27,453 nt of DNA from a virus (lineage: Duplodnaviria; Caudoviricetes). Location of the stretch: positions 1 to 27,453 of the IMG/VR virus record IMGVR_UViG_3300037125_000033. One strand, 5' to 3'. This document shows, piece after piece, positions 1 to 7,685 of this stretch; position 1 is the first letter of the stretch, and the number at the start of each line of letters is the position of its first letter. A program made the position numbers and the translations under genes. The notes under the pieces were generated by a model that had not been told where the DNA came from, did no database searches, and worked only from the letters and a program-made list of their open reading frames with translations.

Positions 1-1264
1 TATCGATATATCCAGAATGCTTTTCTGGTGCATCAATGCTTATTTCAACATAACGTTGGTTATCTGTTAACCATGTATTATCAAGAACTGATGCTGTCAT
101 GTTTGTGTTAGTTTTACCAAGACCTTTTATAACTATGTGCAATCTATGGTTGTTAGTTGTACATTGCTTTGCAAGATTATCCATATTAGTTATAGCATCA
201 TAAAGTGCATCAGTTCCTCTGAAAGCATCTGTCCAAGATGTGCCGTCATTATCACCAGTAGAAAGATTATAATCAACATATCTATATAAATCAGTAATAA
301 TTTCTACTGTATAAGAGTCAACGCCTATATCCCATGGAGAGTTATATGCGTCTCCTTGCATGTCTGTTGAATAGTACCCACTGCTTGGGTTATCTGTACC
401 ACCCTGGTACAGATTTCCAGTCGGTAACAATGTAAAATCACCATTCGCCCAGTCAACAAATTCATTGTCCCAATCTCCACCAAACGGTGAGACAGTGTTT
501 GTGCCGTCACCATCATCTGATGCACAATAGTCAACCGTCCAAACACCTTGGTAATAATCAAAATCATTTGTGTTGTTAAACACAGCGCAATTTTTCACTA
601 TCATATCAGATGTTTGAGTTCCACCTATGCCTGCCTGATATGGTGCCGATGTGTTATTAGCCCCTACAAAAATAGAGTTATATACTCTACACTCTCCGTC
701 ATTTCCAAGACCATATAAAGGCACATTTCTAACTATGGTATTAGTTATCATGCTGTCACAATCTGGATCATCAAGATAGATTGCCGAAAAAGTACCGCTT
801 GCTCCCCCATTAGATTCAAAACGGCAATTATCTATGTGATAATATGCGCCCGCTGCAGCGTTATTAAAGTATGCAAGCCGGTGTGTCCCGCTCAAGGTAT
901 CATTTGACCTAATTTGTAATCCCTCAAGATCAATATTTTGATCATAGAAGTTGTTTGTTGAATCATCTTCATCAAGCCTTGCTCGATTGTCATCCCATCC
1001 ATTTTTTACAGCTTCATATCCTTCGGCAGCTCTTATAATTACTTTTCTTGTAAGGTCTGTTGTAAATCCGTCGAAGGTTCCAAAATCAAAAGCACCTCCA
1101 CCAGAGTTTCGAATAGTTAAAATATATATTTCATCACTTGAAGTTAAATCTTTTGCCAATAAATTATATGCGGATACAAGGTCGATGTAAGCGTCAGCCC
1201 ATGAGCTACCGTCATCATTACCTTGAGCATCACAATCTACAAAAAATTCAACTTCACTTGCCAC
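1..1264 (-). CDS. Right-handed beta-helix (pectin lyase-like) repeat protein, probable virion protein; 3' partial
   Basis: Not in ORF track because it runs off the window. Hand translation of both ends gives the same frame from GTG at 1264: MASEVEFFVDCDAQGNDDGSSWADAYIDL...EGLQI...SPWDIGVDSY, then a second module YRYVDYNLSTGDNDGTSWTDAF. YVD-x-G-x-DG-x-SW-x-x-A and C-terminal DIG are typical beta-helix module boundaries. Confidence 0.7.
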   Translation of the reverse strand, partial: MASEVEFFVDCDAQGNDDGSSWADAYIDLVSAYNLLAKDLTSSDEIYILTIRNSGGGAFDFGTFDGFTTDLTRKVIIRAAEGYEAVKNGWDDNRARLDEDDSTNNFYDQNIDLEGLQIRSNDTLSGTHRLAYFNNAAAGAYYHIDNCRFESNGGASGTFSAIYLDDPDCDSMITNTIVRNVPLYGLGNDGECRVYNSIFVGANNTSAPYQAGIGGTQTSDMIVKNCAVFNNTNDFDYYQGVWTVDYCASDDGDGTNTVSPFGGDWDNEFVDWANGDFTLLPTGNLYQGGTDNPSSGYYSTDMQGDAYNSPWDIGVDSYTVEIITDLYRYVDYNLSTGDNDGTSWTDAFRGTDALYDAITNMDNLAKQCTTNNHRLHIVIKGLGKTNTNMTASVLDNTWLTDNQRYVEISIDAPEKHSGYID

Positions 1265-1273
1265 AATAACACC

Positions 1274-1495
1274 CTAAAATTTATTAATCATACTTTGAAT
1301 TTCTAATTTAGCATCATCAATCATTTCCTGAATTTCTTTATACTCTTCGCTGTTTTTCTTATAGCTGTCCCTTATTTTACTAAGGCTTTGAAACATGCTT
1401 GTATATTCAACAGGAACTTTTTTCAATCTATTATACCAAGTCACAACTTGCCTTGCATTTTCCTGTCTTTTATAGTCTTCTGATAATGTAGCCAT
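1274..1495 (-). CDS. Hypothetical protein (73 aa, helical)
   Basis: ORF in operon orientation with GAGGAG RBS upstream. Confidence 0.75.
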   Translation of the reverse strand: MATLSEDYKRQENARQVVTWYNRLKKVPVEYTSMFQSLSKIRDSYKKNSEEYKEIQEMIDDAKLEIQSMINKF

Positions 1496-1508
1496 TTTTA
1501 TATTCTCC

Positions 1509-2039
1509 TCATAGTTTTAATATCCAAGATGTGTCTTTAAACACTTTATCAGGCTCGCCTAACCGCTCTTTGACGGCCTTAATGACTCCTGCAAATCTTT
1601 TTCGGTAATCATGACCACCAATAAAACCACCTTTTTTGATCTTAGGCAACCACAAATCAATATCTAACCCCATAGCTTTTTCAGTATGTAGTGCATCTAT
1701 ATACACAAAATCAATAGAGTTGTCTTCAAACATCACCGAAGCATGAGCCGATAGCTCCTCAATATGTATAACATGCTCATATTTCTTTATTGCTTTTTTA
1801 AAATATCGCCTAACCTCACGCATATCACATTTATCTGTGATATCCCCGATATTGTTTTTATAGGGATCCACAGCATAAACTTCTTTAAATTTCCCGAACT
1901 TAGCAAAAAGAACTGTTGAGTCGCCTTTGAAACAACCTACTTCAACCATTATTTTATCTTCTGTCCAGTCTCCCAAATAAGCTATCAAATCAGCTAATCC
2001 TTGCTTGCTGGAATCTGTTCGCATTATGATATCAGACAT
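1509..2039 (-). CDS. Class I SAM-dependent methyltransferase (Methyltransf_24-like)
   Basis: Motifs MVEVGCFKGDST, YAVDPY, IDFVYIDALH, KKGGFIGGHDY. Start moved to MSDII (GAGGAGG RBS; overlaps portal stop). Confidence 0.85.
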   Translation of the reverse strand: MSDIIMRTDSSKQGLADLIAYLGDWTEDKIMVEVGCFKGDSTVLFAKFGKFKEVYAVDPYKNNIGDITDKCDMREVRRYFKKAIKKYEHVIHIEELSAHASVMFEDNSIDFVYIDALHTEKAMGLDIDLWLPKIKKGGFIGGHDYRKRFAGVIKAVKERLGEPDKVFKDTSWILKL

Positions 2040-3426
2040 TCTCTGTGTCCTCCTCATTATTTGATATTGTAGTACCTGTTTGTTGATTTGTCAAGTCTGG
2101 AGCCCTCTCTGCCTCCTCTTTTCGCTGAGCTTCAAGCCTCTTTTTTTCAATGTCTGGATCAATGCCTGGGAGTTTTTGCTGATATGTTTCAACAGATATA
2201 TATTTTGAATCAACCGACTTTTTCAAAGCATCAACAATTGTCTTAATTTCAGCCAGTGAAACAAAAGGTAGTTTGACTTCAAAAGGCCCGATTATATCGT
2301 TATCCCAACCGGAATTAACAGCTATATCCATGGCTTTCCGAAAAACAACCTCTAAAGCTTCCTCCCAGGATTTGCGCTCTAATTGTGTACCAGCCTTAAC
2401 AACTTCAATAAGATTTTCAGCGGTGGCCCTGTTGCTCATTAAATCGGGATGCGCTAACCAGTGAATCGGGATGCTTGTCCCTGTAGATATAATTCGCAGT
2501 AAAGTAACCATTTCATCATAAATCACTTTGCTTGCATCAGAATCCGGGGCCACGAGATGAAGCATCCCGCTGCCTGCGTAACCGTCCCCTATTTCCCATT
2601 GCCCTGATTGTACCGCGTCCCTAAACTGTGCTGCCTCCGGGTCTGATTCTGTTTGCATCCATGGCGTTACGCGTCCAAAAAGATGATTGCTTTTTCGAGA
2701 ATCATATTTTGCACGTGAAAAGTTTTCAATATCCGTTAATACCTTTGCTATCTTAGGAGGGGTATCATTCACTTTGTCCCATGTGCCGCCTAACCTTACA
2801 AAGACATAATTTTCTTTTAGCTCAACATCGTCCATGCCATCTTTTTTATAAGTAATACTTGTTATCTCTTCTTTATCATAACCATCAGCATGTACTACAT
2901 ATTTATGTGTTTTCCAGCGAAAAGATGTTATTTTAACTTTTGATTCTTTTTTCATGTCCTTATTCAGGATCAAAAGATTTTTACCCTCAAGCTCTCCGGT
3001 TCTAATAGTATCAATAAATCTTGAGCCATCAAGACGATTGTCTTTAATGAATTGCTTTAAAAAATCCTCGGTTGCTGGTTTTTCGGCTGAAATAGAAATA
3101 CCCTCACCACCAATAAAAGATACTCGTGCATCGATAATAGCGCCTAACAGTTCAGCACCATAAGTCGATGTTCCGTTATACATCTCATAAGCCCCTAATA
3201 CCTGTTTTTCATAAGTGTCATAATTATTTATATCGGCTGCTCTGTTTGTCGCTTGTTCAATAAAAGCTTGACTCAAATAATCATGTGCTCCCTCTTCAAG
3301 GGCCCTGATTACTTTGTTTACTTTTCGAAGGGCTGAACTAAAAAAATTATGGCCCTTTAATTTTAAGGTCGCCCGCTTTAGGTAGTTATGTTTTAGCTTT
3401 TCGCTCAGCTGTTTAATATCAGTCAT
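2032..3426 (-). CDS. Portal protein
   Basis: ~464 aa directly downstream of TerL, with portal-like C-terminal half (TSIPIHWL...SNRATAE...ISVETYQQKL). Start moved to MTDIKQL (GAGGT RBS) because another ORF occupies 3419-3592. Confidence 0.75.
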   Translation of the reverse strand: MTDIKQLSEKLKHNYLKRATLKLKGHNFFSSALRKVNKVIRALEEGAHDYLSQAFIEQATNRAADINNYDTYEKQVLGAYEMYNGTSTYGAELLGAIIDARVSFIGGEGISISAEKPATEDFLKQFIKDNRLDGSRFIDTIRTGELEGKNLLILNKDMKKESKVKITSFRWKTHKYVVHADGYDKEEITSITYKKDGMDDVELKENYVFVRLGGTWDKVNDTPPKIAKVLTDIENFSRAKYDSRKSNHLFGRVTPWMQTESDPEAAQFRDAVQSGQWEIGDGYAGSGMLHLVAPDSDASKVIYDEMVTLLRIISTGTSIPIHWLAHPDLMSNRATAENLIEVVKAGTQLERKSWEEALEVVFRKAMDIAVNSGWDNDIIGPFEVKLPFVSLAEIKTIVDALKKSVDSKYISVETYQQKLPGIDPDIEKKRLEAQRKEEAERAPDLTNQQTGTTISNNEEDTENV

Positions 3427-3592
3427 TTTTGACCTCTTCTTTTGGAGTATGGTCTTTACAAGGCATCGTCTGTATACCTTTGATCTGACAACCATCAGAC
3501 CATAAAGAATTATACTTACAAGTAGAGCAATAATCAAGCAGCTTTGGCATTATGATTCTTGACTTTGCTTGCTCAACCCTTCGCTTTACCAT
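3419..3592 (-). CDS. Small Cys-rich protein (57 aa)
   Basis: Hand translation MVKRRVEQAKSRIIMPKLLDYCSTCKYNSLWSDGCQIKGIQTMPCKDHTPKEEVKND*. TAATG coupling to the TerL stop; overlaps portal start. Confidence 0.65.
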   Translation of the reverse strand: MVKRRVEQAKSRIIMPKLLDYCSTCKYNSLWSDGCQIKGIQTMPCKDHTPKEEVKND

Positions 3593-5049
3593 TACAACAT
3601 CCTTTTTTTGATAAAAAATCCCTTATTCCCCTTGGTATAGGCTTCATAACCTGTCACCAAACTGGCTAATTGATCATCGTGCCCGGATCCCGGAAACTCG
3701 GAAAGTTCCCTTAAAAACTCAGCATTCCAAGGTGCCCGGATTAAATAAACATTGCCCGCCTCAAAAACAGGCTCCAGGGCCGCTGCCCTAATTACAAGAT
3801 CCTTTGAAGGATGTACCTTGCCAATTGTACGATGACCTCTCAAAACATCTTGCAAATACTTATAAGAATCCTTAAAAAGCCCTGTATATTCTGCATAGAC
3901 CTCTACTTCCGGCCCATCTTCTAACGCTGTTTCAAGTATTATGCGATCCCTTTTGGTAGTGCCCCACTGTCCACGCTTAACATCAAGTATAAAAATAGTG
4001 TTTATAAAAAAGCTGTTAAAATGCTCCTCTTGATACACAGCCATTTTTATTCCAACTGTAAAATCAGGGTCATCCTTGACAGTCTCTTTTTCCGACAACG
4101 CCAAGTCCCAGGCCCTTATAACACGCAAACCCTTGGGCAGCTCTTCAAAATACTTCACATTATCGGTCTTGATAAGCTTACCACCTTTGACCGTAGGATT
4201 ACACTGTAAAAGCCCCGCTGCGCTATAGCTCCCCAAACTGGCAAATTGGCCCTCGTACCATTCCTTAGAAAATCGCTCCGGGAACAAATAACCGCTTGAA
4301 TACTCTTCACTTTTAGCGGGCATAACAACAAACTTAAACTTAGGAAAATCCGGAACTTCTTCCATGGCCTTTTTTATTCTGCCGTTAATGTCATCTACAT
4401 GCCACGGTGTATTGCACACAATAGTTATTGATACCGGAGCCCGCCGAGTTAAAAGTGAGTTAGTAAACTCATTCCAAATCTTGTCCCTTATGGTTAAGCT
4501 TTCAGCCTCTTCTCTGTTTTTTGTAGGATCATCCACAATAAGCAGAGAACCTCCGAGCCCTGTTAGCCCCGCTAACATACCAGCGGCGTTATAATCTCCC
4601 GCATGGTCTCGCCCTTCTCTGTCCTTAGGCCTCCACTTTTCAATGCTGGCCCTTGGCTGTAAAATAACATTTGAAAAAATTCGCTTGTAGTTCTCCGATC
4701 TCATTATGTCCTGGGTATGCTTCGAAAAACCACTCGCAAAAGTTGTGTTATATGCCGTCAATATAACATCTTCACTTGGAAACAATCCCCGAAAATAAGC
4801 CGGAAAATATCTCGATACCATATCAGACTTACCATGGCGAAAAGGAATATTAATCACCAAAAAAGATGACTCACCATTTTTGTATCGCTCTATAGCCTCA
4901 TCAAGCTCTGAACATACCCGCCTTGTATGACTGCCTACTATAAGCGGCTTCCTTGGATTCTGCCAGCAATATTTCATGAACTCCAAAAAAGAGCGTTTTG
5001 CTACTTCTGCATTAATCTGCTCAATCGTCGGAAGATTCGCTATCCTCAT
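3592..5049 (-). CDS. terL: Terminase large subunit
   Basis: Walker A PFRHGKS, Walker B LLIVDDP, coupling motif NTPWH, RNase H-like nuclease AWDLA...FPGSGHDDQ. Probable start MRIANL at 5049. Confidence 0.95.
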   Translation of the reverse strand: MRIANLPTIEQINAEVAKRSFLEFMKYCWQNPRKPLIVGSHTRRVCSELDEAIERYKNGESSFLVINIPFRHGKSDMVSRYFPAYFRGLFPSEDVILTAYNTTFASGFSKHTQDIMRSENYKRIFSNVILQPRASIEKWRPKDREGRDHAGDYNAAGMLAGLTGLGGSLLIVDDPTKNREEAESLTIRDKIWNEFTNSLLTRRAPVSITIVCNTPWHVDDINGRIKKAMEEVPDFPKFKFVVMPAKSEEYSSGYLFPERFSKEWYEGQFASLGSYSAAGLLQCNPTVKGGKLIKTDNVKYFEELPKGLRVIRAWDLALSEKETVKDDPDFTVGIKMAVYQEEHFNSFFINTIFILDVKRGQWGTTKRDRIILETALEDGPEVEVYAEYTGLFKDSYKYLQDVLRGHRTIGKVHPSKDLVIRAAALEPVFEAGNVYLIRAPWNAEFLRELSEFPGSGHDDQLASLVTGYEAYTKGNKGFFIKKRML

Positions 5050-5557
5050 TTTGTCCTTTTGCCAATAGGGCCTTAAGCTGCTCCAGCTCCTCGACTGTAT
5101 ACACAGACAGATCAATATCAAGCTCTTTTTTTTCTGTAACCTCTACTTGATTTTTCAGTACACCAATGGTCTTAGCCATTAGCTCTCGTGTTTTTGCCCT
5201 GGTAGAATTATCCGGCATCTCACCAAGCTCACGCCCTTTAAAAAACTTTGTATACTTAGCCTCAAGCCCTTTATCAATTTCTTCCTGTAATCTATCACGG
5301 CCACAGCCCGCAATTTCCATAAAATCTGCAAAATTATCTCCAAACTTATCATAAATTGCACTGTAGAGCCTTGACGATAGGTTAGAAAGGTTTTTAGAAT
5401 CCCTTGGTAAGTCTGGATGAGTATCTAAATAAGCCTTCTGCTTTGCTTTTGGCTTATCTTCACCATTCCTTGTATAATAAAAGCATTTAATAAAAAACTC
5501 ATACTCAAGAGGAGTTATGCGATATTTTTTTTGATAATAAAGCATAGATTTTGACAT
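5021..5557 (-). CDS. terS: Terminase small subunit (probable)
   Basis: Immediately upstream of and overlapping terL; C-terminal DLSVYTVEELEQL typical of TerS. Start at ATG 5557 because a promoter lies inside the longer predicted ORF. Confidence 0.7.
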   Translation of the reverse strand: MSKSMLYYQKKYRITPLEYEFFIKCFYYTRNGEDKPKAKQKAYLDTHPDLPRDSKNLSNLSSRLYSAIYDKFGDNFADFMEIAGCGRDRLQEEIDKGLEAKYTKFFKGRELGEMPDNSTRAKTRELMAKTIGVLKNQVEVTEKKELDIDLSVYTVEELEQLKALLAKGQNEDSESSDD

Positions 5558-5563
5558 ATTGTC

Positions 5564-5592
5564 ATTATATAGAAGATTCGGTAAAAAGTCAA
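5564..5592 (-). promoter_or_regulatory. Sigma70-type promoter of the terminase/late operon
   Basis: TTGACT (5592-5587), 17 bp, TATAAT (5569-5564); the terS ATG follows after only 6 nt. Confidence 0.8.
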
Positions 5593-5598
5593 GCCAAT

Positions 5599-5656
5599 AA
5601 AAAAAGGAGCCTGGAAAAGGATAAAACCAAACTCCTTTAATCAAAAGTCAAATATC
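5599..5656 (-). ncRNA. Candidate small RNA 1 (~58 nt)
   Basis: Promoter TTGATT-17-TAGTAT (5691-5663), then hairpin GGAGUUUGG/CCAGGCUCC (its G-U pairs form only on the minus strand), loop UUUUAUCCUUUU and a U7 tail. Confidence 0.5.
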
Positions 5657-5719
5657 CCTTAAATACTACTCAATAAAGCTCAAAAAATCAAGGTTTTCTA
5701 TCACTTAACAATGCGTTAT

Positions 5720-6235
5720 ATTTATTGTACCTCTATTTCCTTACAATATAAGTAATTACTCCAACTGCTACAATAAGATACAATACTTTTACAATATCCA
5801 AAATCAATTATTTCCTTTCCCTATATAGAGTTATTTTCACCTCTATTTTTTATTGTAGCTATTGTAGCTTTTTCAAAAAATTTTTTTGCCGAACTGTAAA
5901 AGAAAAAAGGGGGTGAAAATAGTACTATATAGGGAATTGCTCAGATCGATTGTATTCGAGTTGATAGAGAGATATTTTTTGTACTGAGATTTTCACAGAG
6001 TAGTAATATTTTGCGATTCGCAAAGATTTTGACAGAAAATAAAAAAAGGCCTAAAAAGCTACAATAGCTACAATATTTAGTCAAGAAAATGTTTTAATTT
6101 TTTATGCCATAACAAATTACAGCGTTTTTTTCTATTGTATCTCTTATTGTACTCATACAATAGATTTTTAATTCCTTTTACCATAGTAAAATAGAAGCTG
6201 CCTAAATTGTACCAATCACCCCTACTGGTACAATC
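5720..6235. repeat. Iteron/inverted-repeat region (candidate replication origin or packaging site)
   Basis: ~15 TACAAT/ATTGTA copies; perfect 23-bp inverted repeat 5851-5873 / 6053-6075; imperfect 28-bp inverted repeat 5817-5844 / 5909-5936. Confidence 0.8.
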
Positions 6236-6253
6236 GTGTTTTTCCAGAAGCAT

Positions 6254-6319
6254 AAAAAAAGCCCCAGCGATTGGGGCTTCAATAAAATTAAGGATAAAAC
6301 ACGAAAAAAAGAACTTCAT
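6254..6319 (-). ncRNA. Candidate small RNA 2 (~66 nt)
   Basis: Promoter TTGACA-17-TATAGT (6354-6326) and intrinsic terminator AAGCCCCA/TGGGGCTT with U7 tail (6279-6254). Confidence 0.55.
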
Positions 6320-6410
6320 GCTCATACTATAGCAAAAGCCCGGTTATCTGTCAAGTGTTTTTCTTTTATTGAAAAAAGTTGAAAATAATCAATATTTTTT
6401 TAAAAAAGAC

Positions 6411-6439
6411 TTGACTTTTTAGTCAAGATAGATTAATAT
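6411..6439 (+). promoter_or_regulatory. Early promoter with palindromic operator TTGACT-TTTT-AGTCAA
   Basis: TTGACT-17-TAATAT; palindrome 6411-6426; AT-rich UP element. Confidence 0.8.
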
Positions 6440-6470
6440 TAGATTATCAAGAGTTGATAAGGAGATAAAA

Positions 6471-6701
6471 ATGAAAAGAAAGATGGTTTATTTGGTAAGA
6501 GGTTCAGAAGATGGGGCTCTTGGAATTTACACAAACAAAAAGAAAGCTGCTGAAAGGGCTTCAATGTATTTAGAGCATCATAAAAAAGCCCCAAGTTTTA
6601 ATGAGATATATAGGGTATTATGTAAACAAGGCTATGCTTATTTAAATTTAAAGGATAGTTTTGTTAGTGTTGATATTGAGCCATTTATTTTAAACAATTA
6701 A
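6471..6701 (+). CDS. Early hypothetical protein
   Basis: AAGGAG RBS; first gene after the promoter. Confidence 0.75.
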   Translation: MKRKMVYLVRGSEDGALGIYTNKKKAAERASMYLEHHKKAPSFNEIYRVLCKQGYAYLNLKDSFVSVDIEPFILNN

Positions 6702-6707
6702 GAATAA

Positions 6708-6737
6708 AGCCGGAGCAATCCGGCTATCTTAATGCAG
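6708..6737 (+). repeat. Hairpin plus 5' half of twister (partial copy of 7048-7077)
   Basis: AGCCGGA-GCAA-TCCGGCTATCTTAATGCAG versus AGCCGGA-TTGC-TCCGGCTATCTTAATGCAG. Confidence 0.8.
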
Positions 6738-6759
6738 TCAAGGATTTTTAAAAAAAGAC

Positions 6760-6788
6760 TTGACTAAAAAGTCAAGACGTGCTATGTT
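6760..6788 (+). promoter_or_regulatory. Early promoter with operator TTGACT-AAAA-AGTCAA
   Basis: TTGACT-17-TATGTT; palindrome 6760-6775. Confidence 0.8.
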
Positions 6789-6852
6789 TAGAGAGTAAGG
6801 TTGATTAAGACCTTAACAAATAGGCGGCGGCCAATAAACGCAGGAGATTATT

Positions 6853-7041
6853 ATGCAAAAATTAGAAGCCGGACATTATGTAACGAAAACCTCTGAAAAA
6901 AATTACTATGTCACAAAAATGTATTATTGTGGTGGATTTTGTTGGGAATTGAGTGTTTGTGATGAAGAAAAACAATATGAGCCAGAGCATTTTAAAACAA
7001 AAAAAGAAGCTGTCAAAAGAATCGAAGAATTGATAGCATAA
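6853..7041 (+). CDS. Early hypothetical protein
   Basis: AGGAG RBS, 62-aa ORF. Confidence 0.75.
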   Translation: MQKLEAGHYVTKTSEKNYYVTKMYYCGGFCWELSVCDEEKQYEPEHFKTKKEAVKRIEELIA

Positions 7042-7064
7042 TCAAATAGCCGGATTGCTCCGGC

Positions 7065-7118
7065 TATCTTAATGCAGCCATGGCCGGTCACAAGCCCGGG
7101 AAAATGCAGAGTGAGAAA
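7065..7118 (+). ncRNA. Twister ribozyme, type P1
   Basis: UCU-UAA-UGCA-GCC-AUGG-CCG-GUCAC-AAGCC-CGG-GAAAA-UGCA-GA-GUG-AGA. P1 UCU/AGA, cleavage site U^AA, P2 UGCA/UGCA, P4 CCG/CGG, pseudoknots UCAC/GUG and GC/GC. Confidence 0.9.
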
Positions 7119-7154
7119 ATAATAACCGGCGGGTTAAAAACGCAAGGAGATATT

Positions 7155-7643
7155 ATGTCAAATTCAATTATTAATAGCTTAAAAAGACTTGAAAGAGTTG
7201 GTTCTGAAACTTCAGTTGTAACTCAAAAACTGAAGAAATCTTGTGAGGAAATTGCAGATAGAATCTTTGATATTTGTAAAGATTACTCAAATGTTTTCGA
7301 TCCTCATAATGAAGAAATCTCATGGACTAAAATAGCAGGTGATTACAATAAAGAAACAAAGAAGCATTCTAATTCTTTGTGGATAATTGAAACTATGGGG
7401 TCAAAAGACTTGTATTACGAATCCGTGGACAATCTTTCTTGGGAAAATATAATGTATAATTCTGAATTAGCAGAAGCTTATCAAATAAGATATTCTGGAT
7501 GTGTCTCAAGAGAGACTTGTCTTGCTTTTGCAAAACACATATCAAACGGCCTTTTGAATGAGGTTGTTGTATGGGTCGAGAACAAAAAGAAATCAGCTGA
7601 AAAGGCATTAGAGCAGCTGGAAGAAAACAAAGCAGTATTATAA
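7155..7643 (+). CDS. Early hypothetical protein (162 aa)
   Basis: Start MSNSII with AAGGAG RBS; the track's extension to 7080 runs through the ribozyme. Confidence 0.8.
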   Translation: MSNSIINSLKRLERVGSETSVVTQKLKKSCEEIADRIFDICKDYSNVFDPHNEEISWTKIAGDYNKETKKHSNSLWIIETMGSKDLYYESVDNLSWENIMYNSELAEAYQIRYSGCVSRETCLAFAKHISNGLLNEVVVWVENKKKSAEKALEQLEENKAVL

Positions 7644-7685
7644 AATAAAGCCCGGAGTGATCCGGGCCAATAAAAGGAGAAAAAC

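Noticed and set aside
3427-3537. Hydrophobic N-terminal extension making the portal look membrane-anchored
   Set aside because: TTG start without RBS; the region is occupied by a coupled 57-aa ORF in another frame, and a good RBS precedes ATG 3426.
3650-3690. TerL nuclease motif HDDQLAS lacks the usual last Asp (HDDQVDA)
   Set aside because: Active terminases such as T4 gp17 also lack an acidic residue there; not evidence of inactivation.
325-5361. Short alternative-frame or antisense ORFs (325, 951, 2273, 2954, 4021, 4364, 5166, 5179) and equivalents inside the early arm
   Set aside because: They lie inside long motif-bearing genes, lack RBSs and look like shadow ORFs.
5720-6235. Possible CRISPR array
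   Set aside because: Repeats are 6-9 bp, in both orientations and irregularly spaced, with no repeat-spacer periodicity.
6077-6325. 82-aa minus-strand ORF MSMKFF...
   Set aside because: Crosses an intrinsic terminator and the iteron field, has no RBS and an atypical composition; better explained as a small RNA unit.
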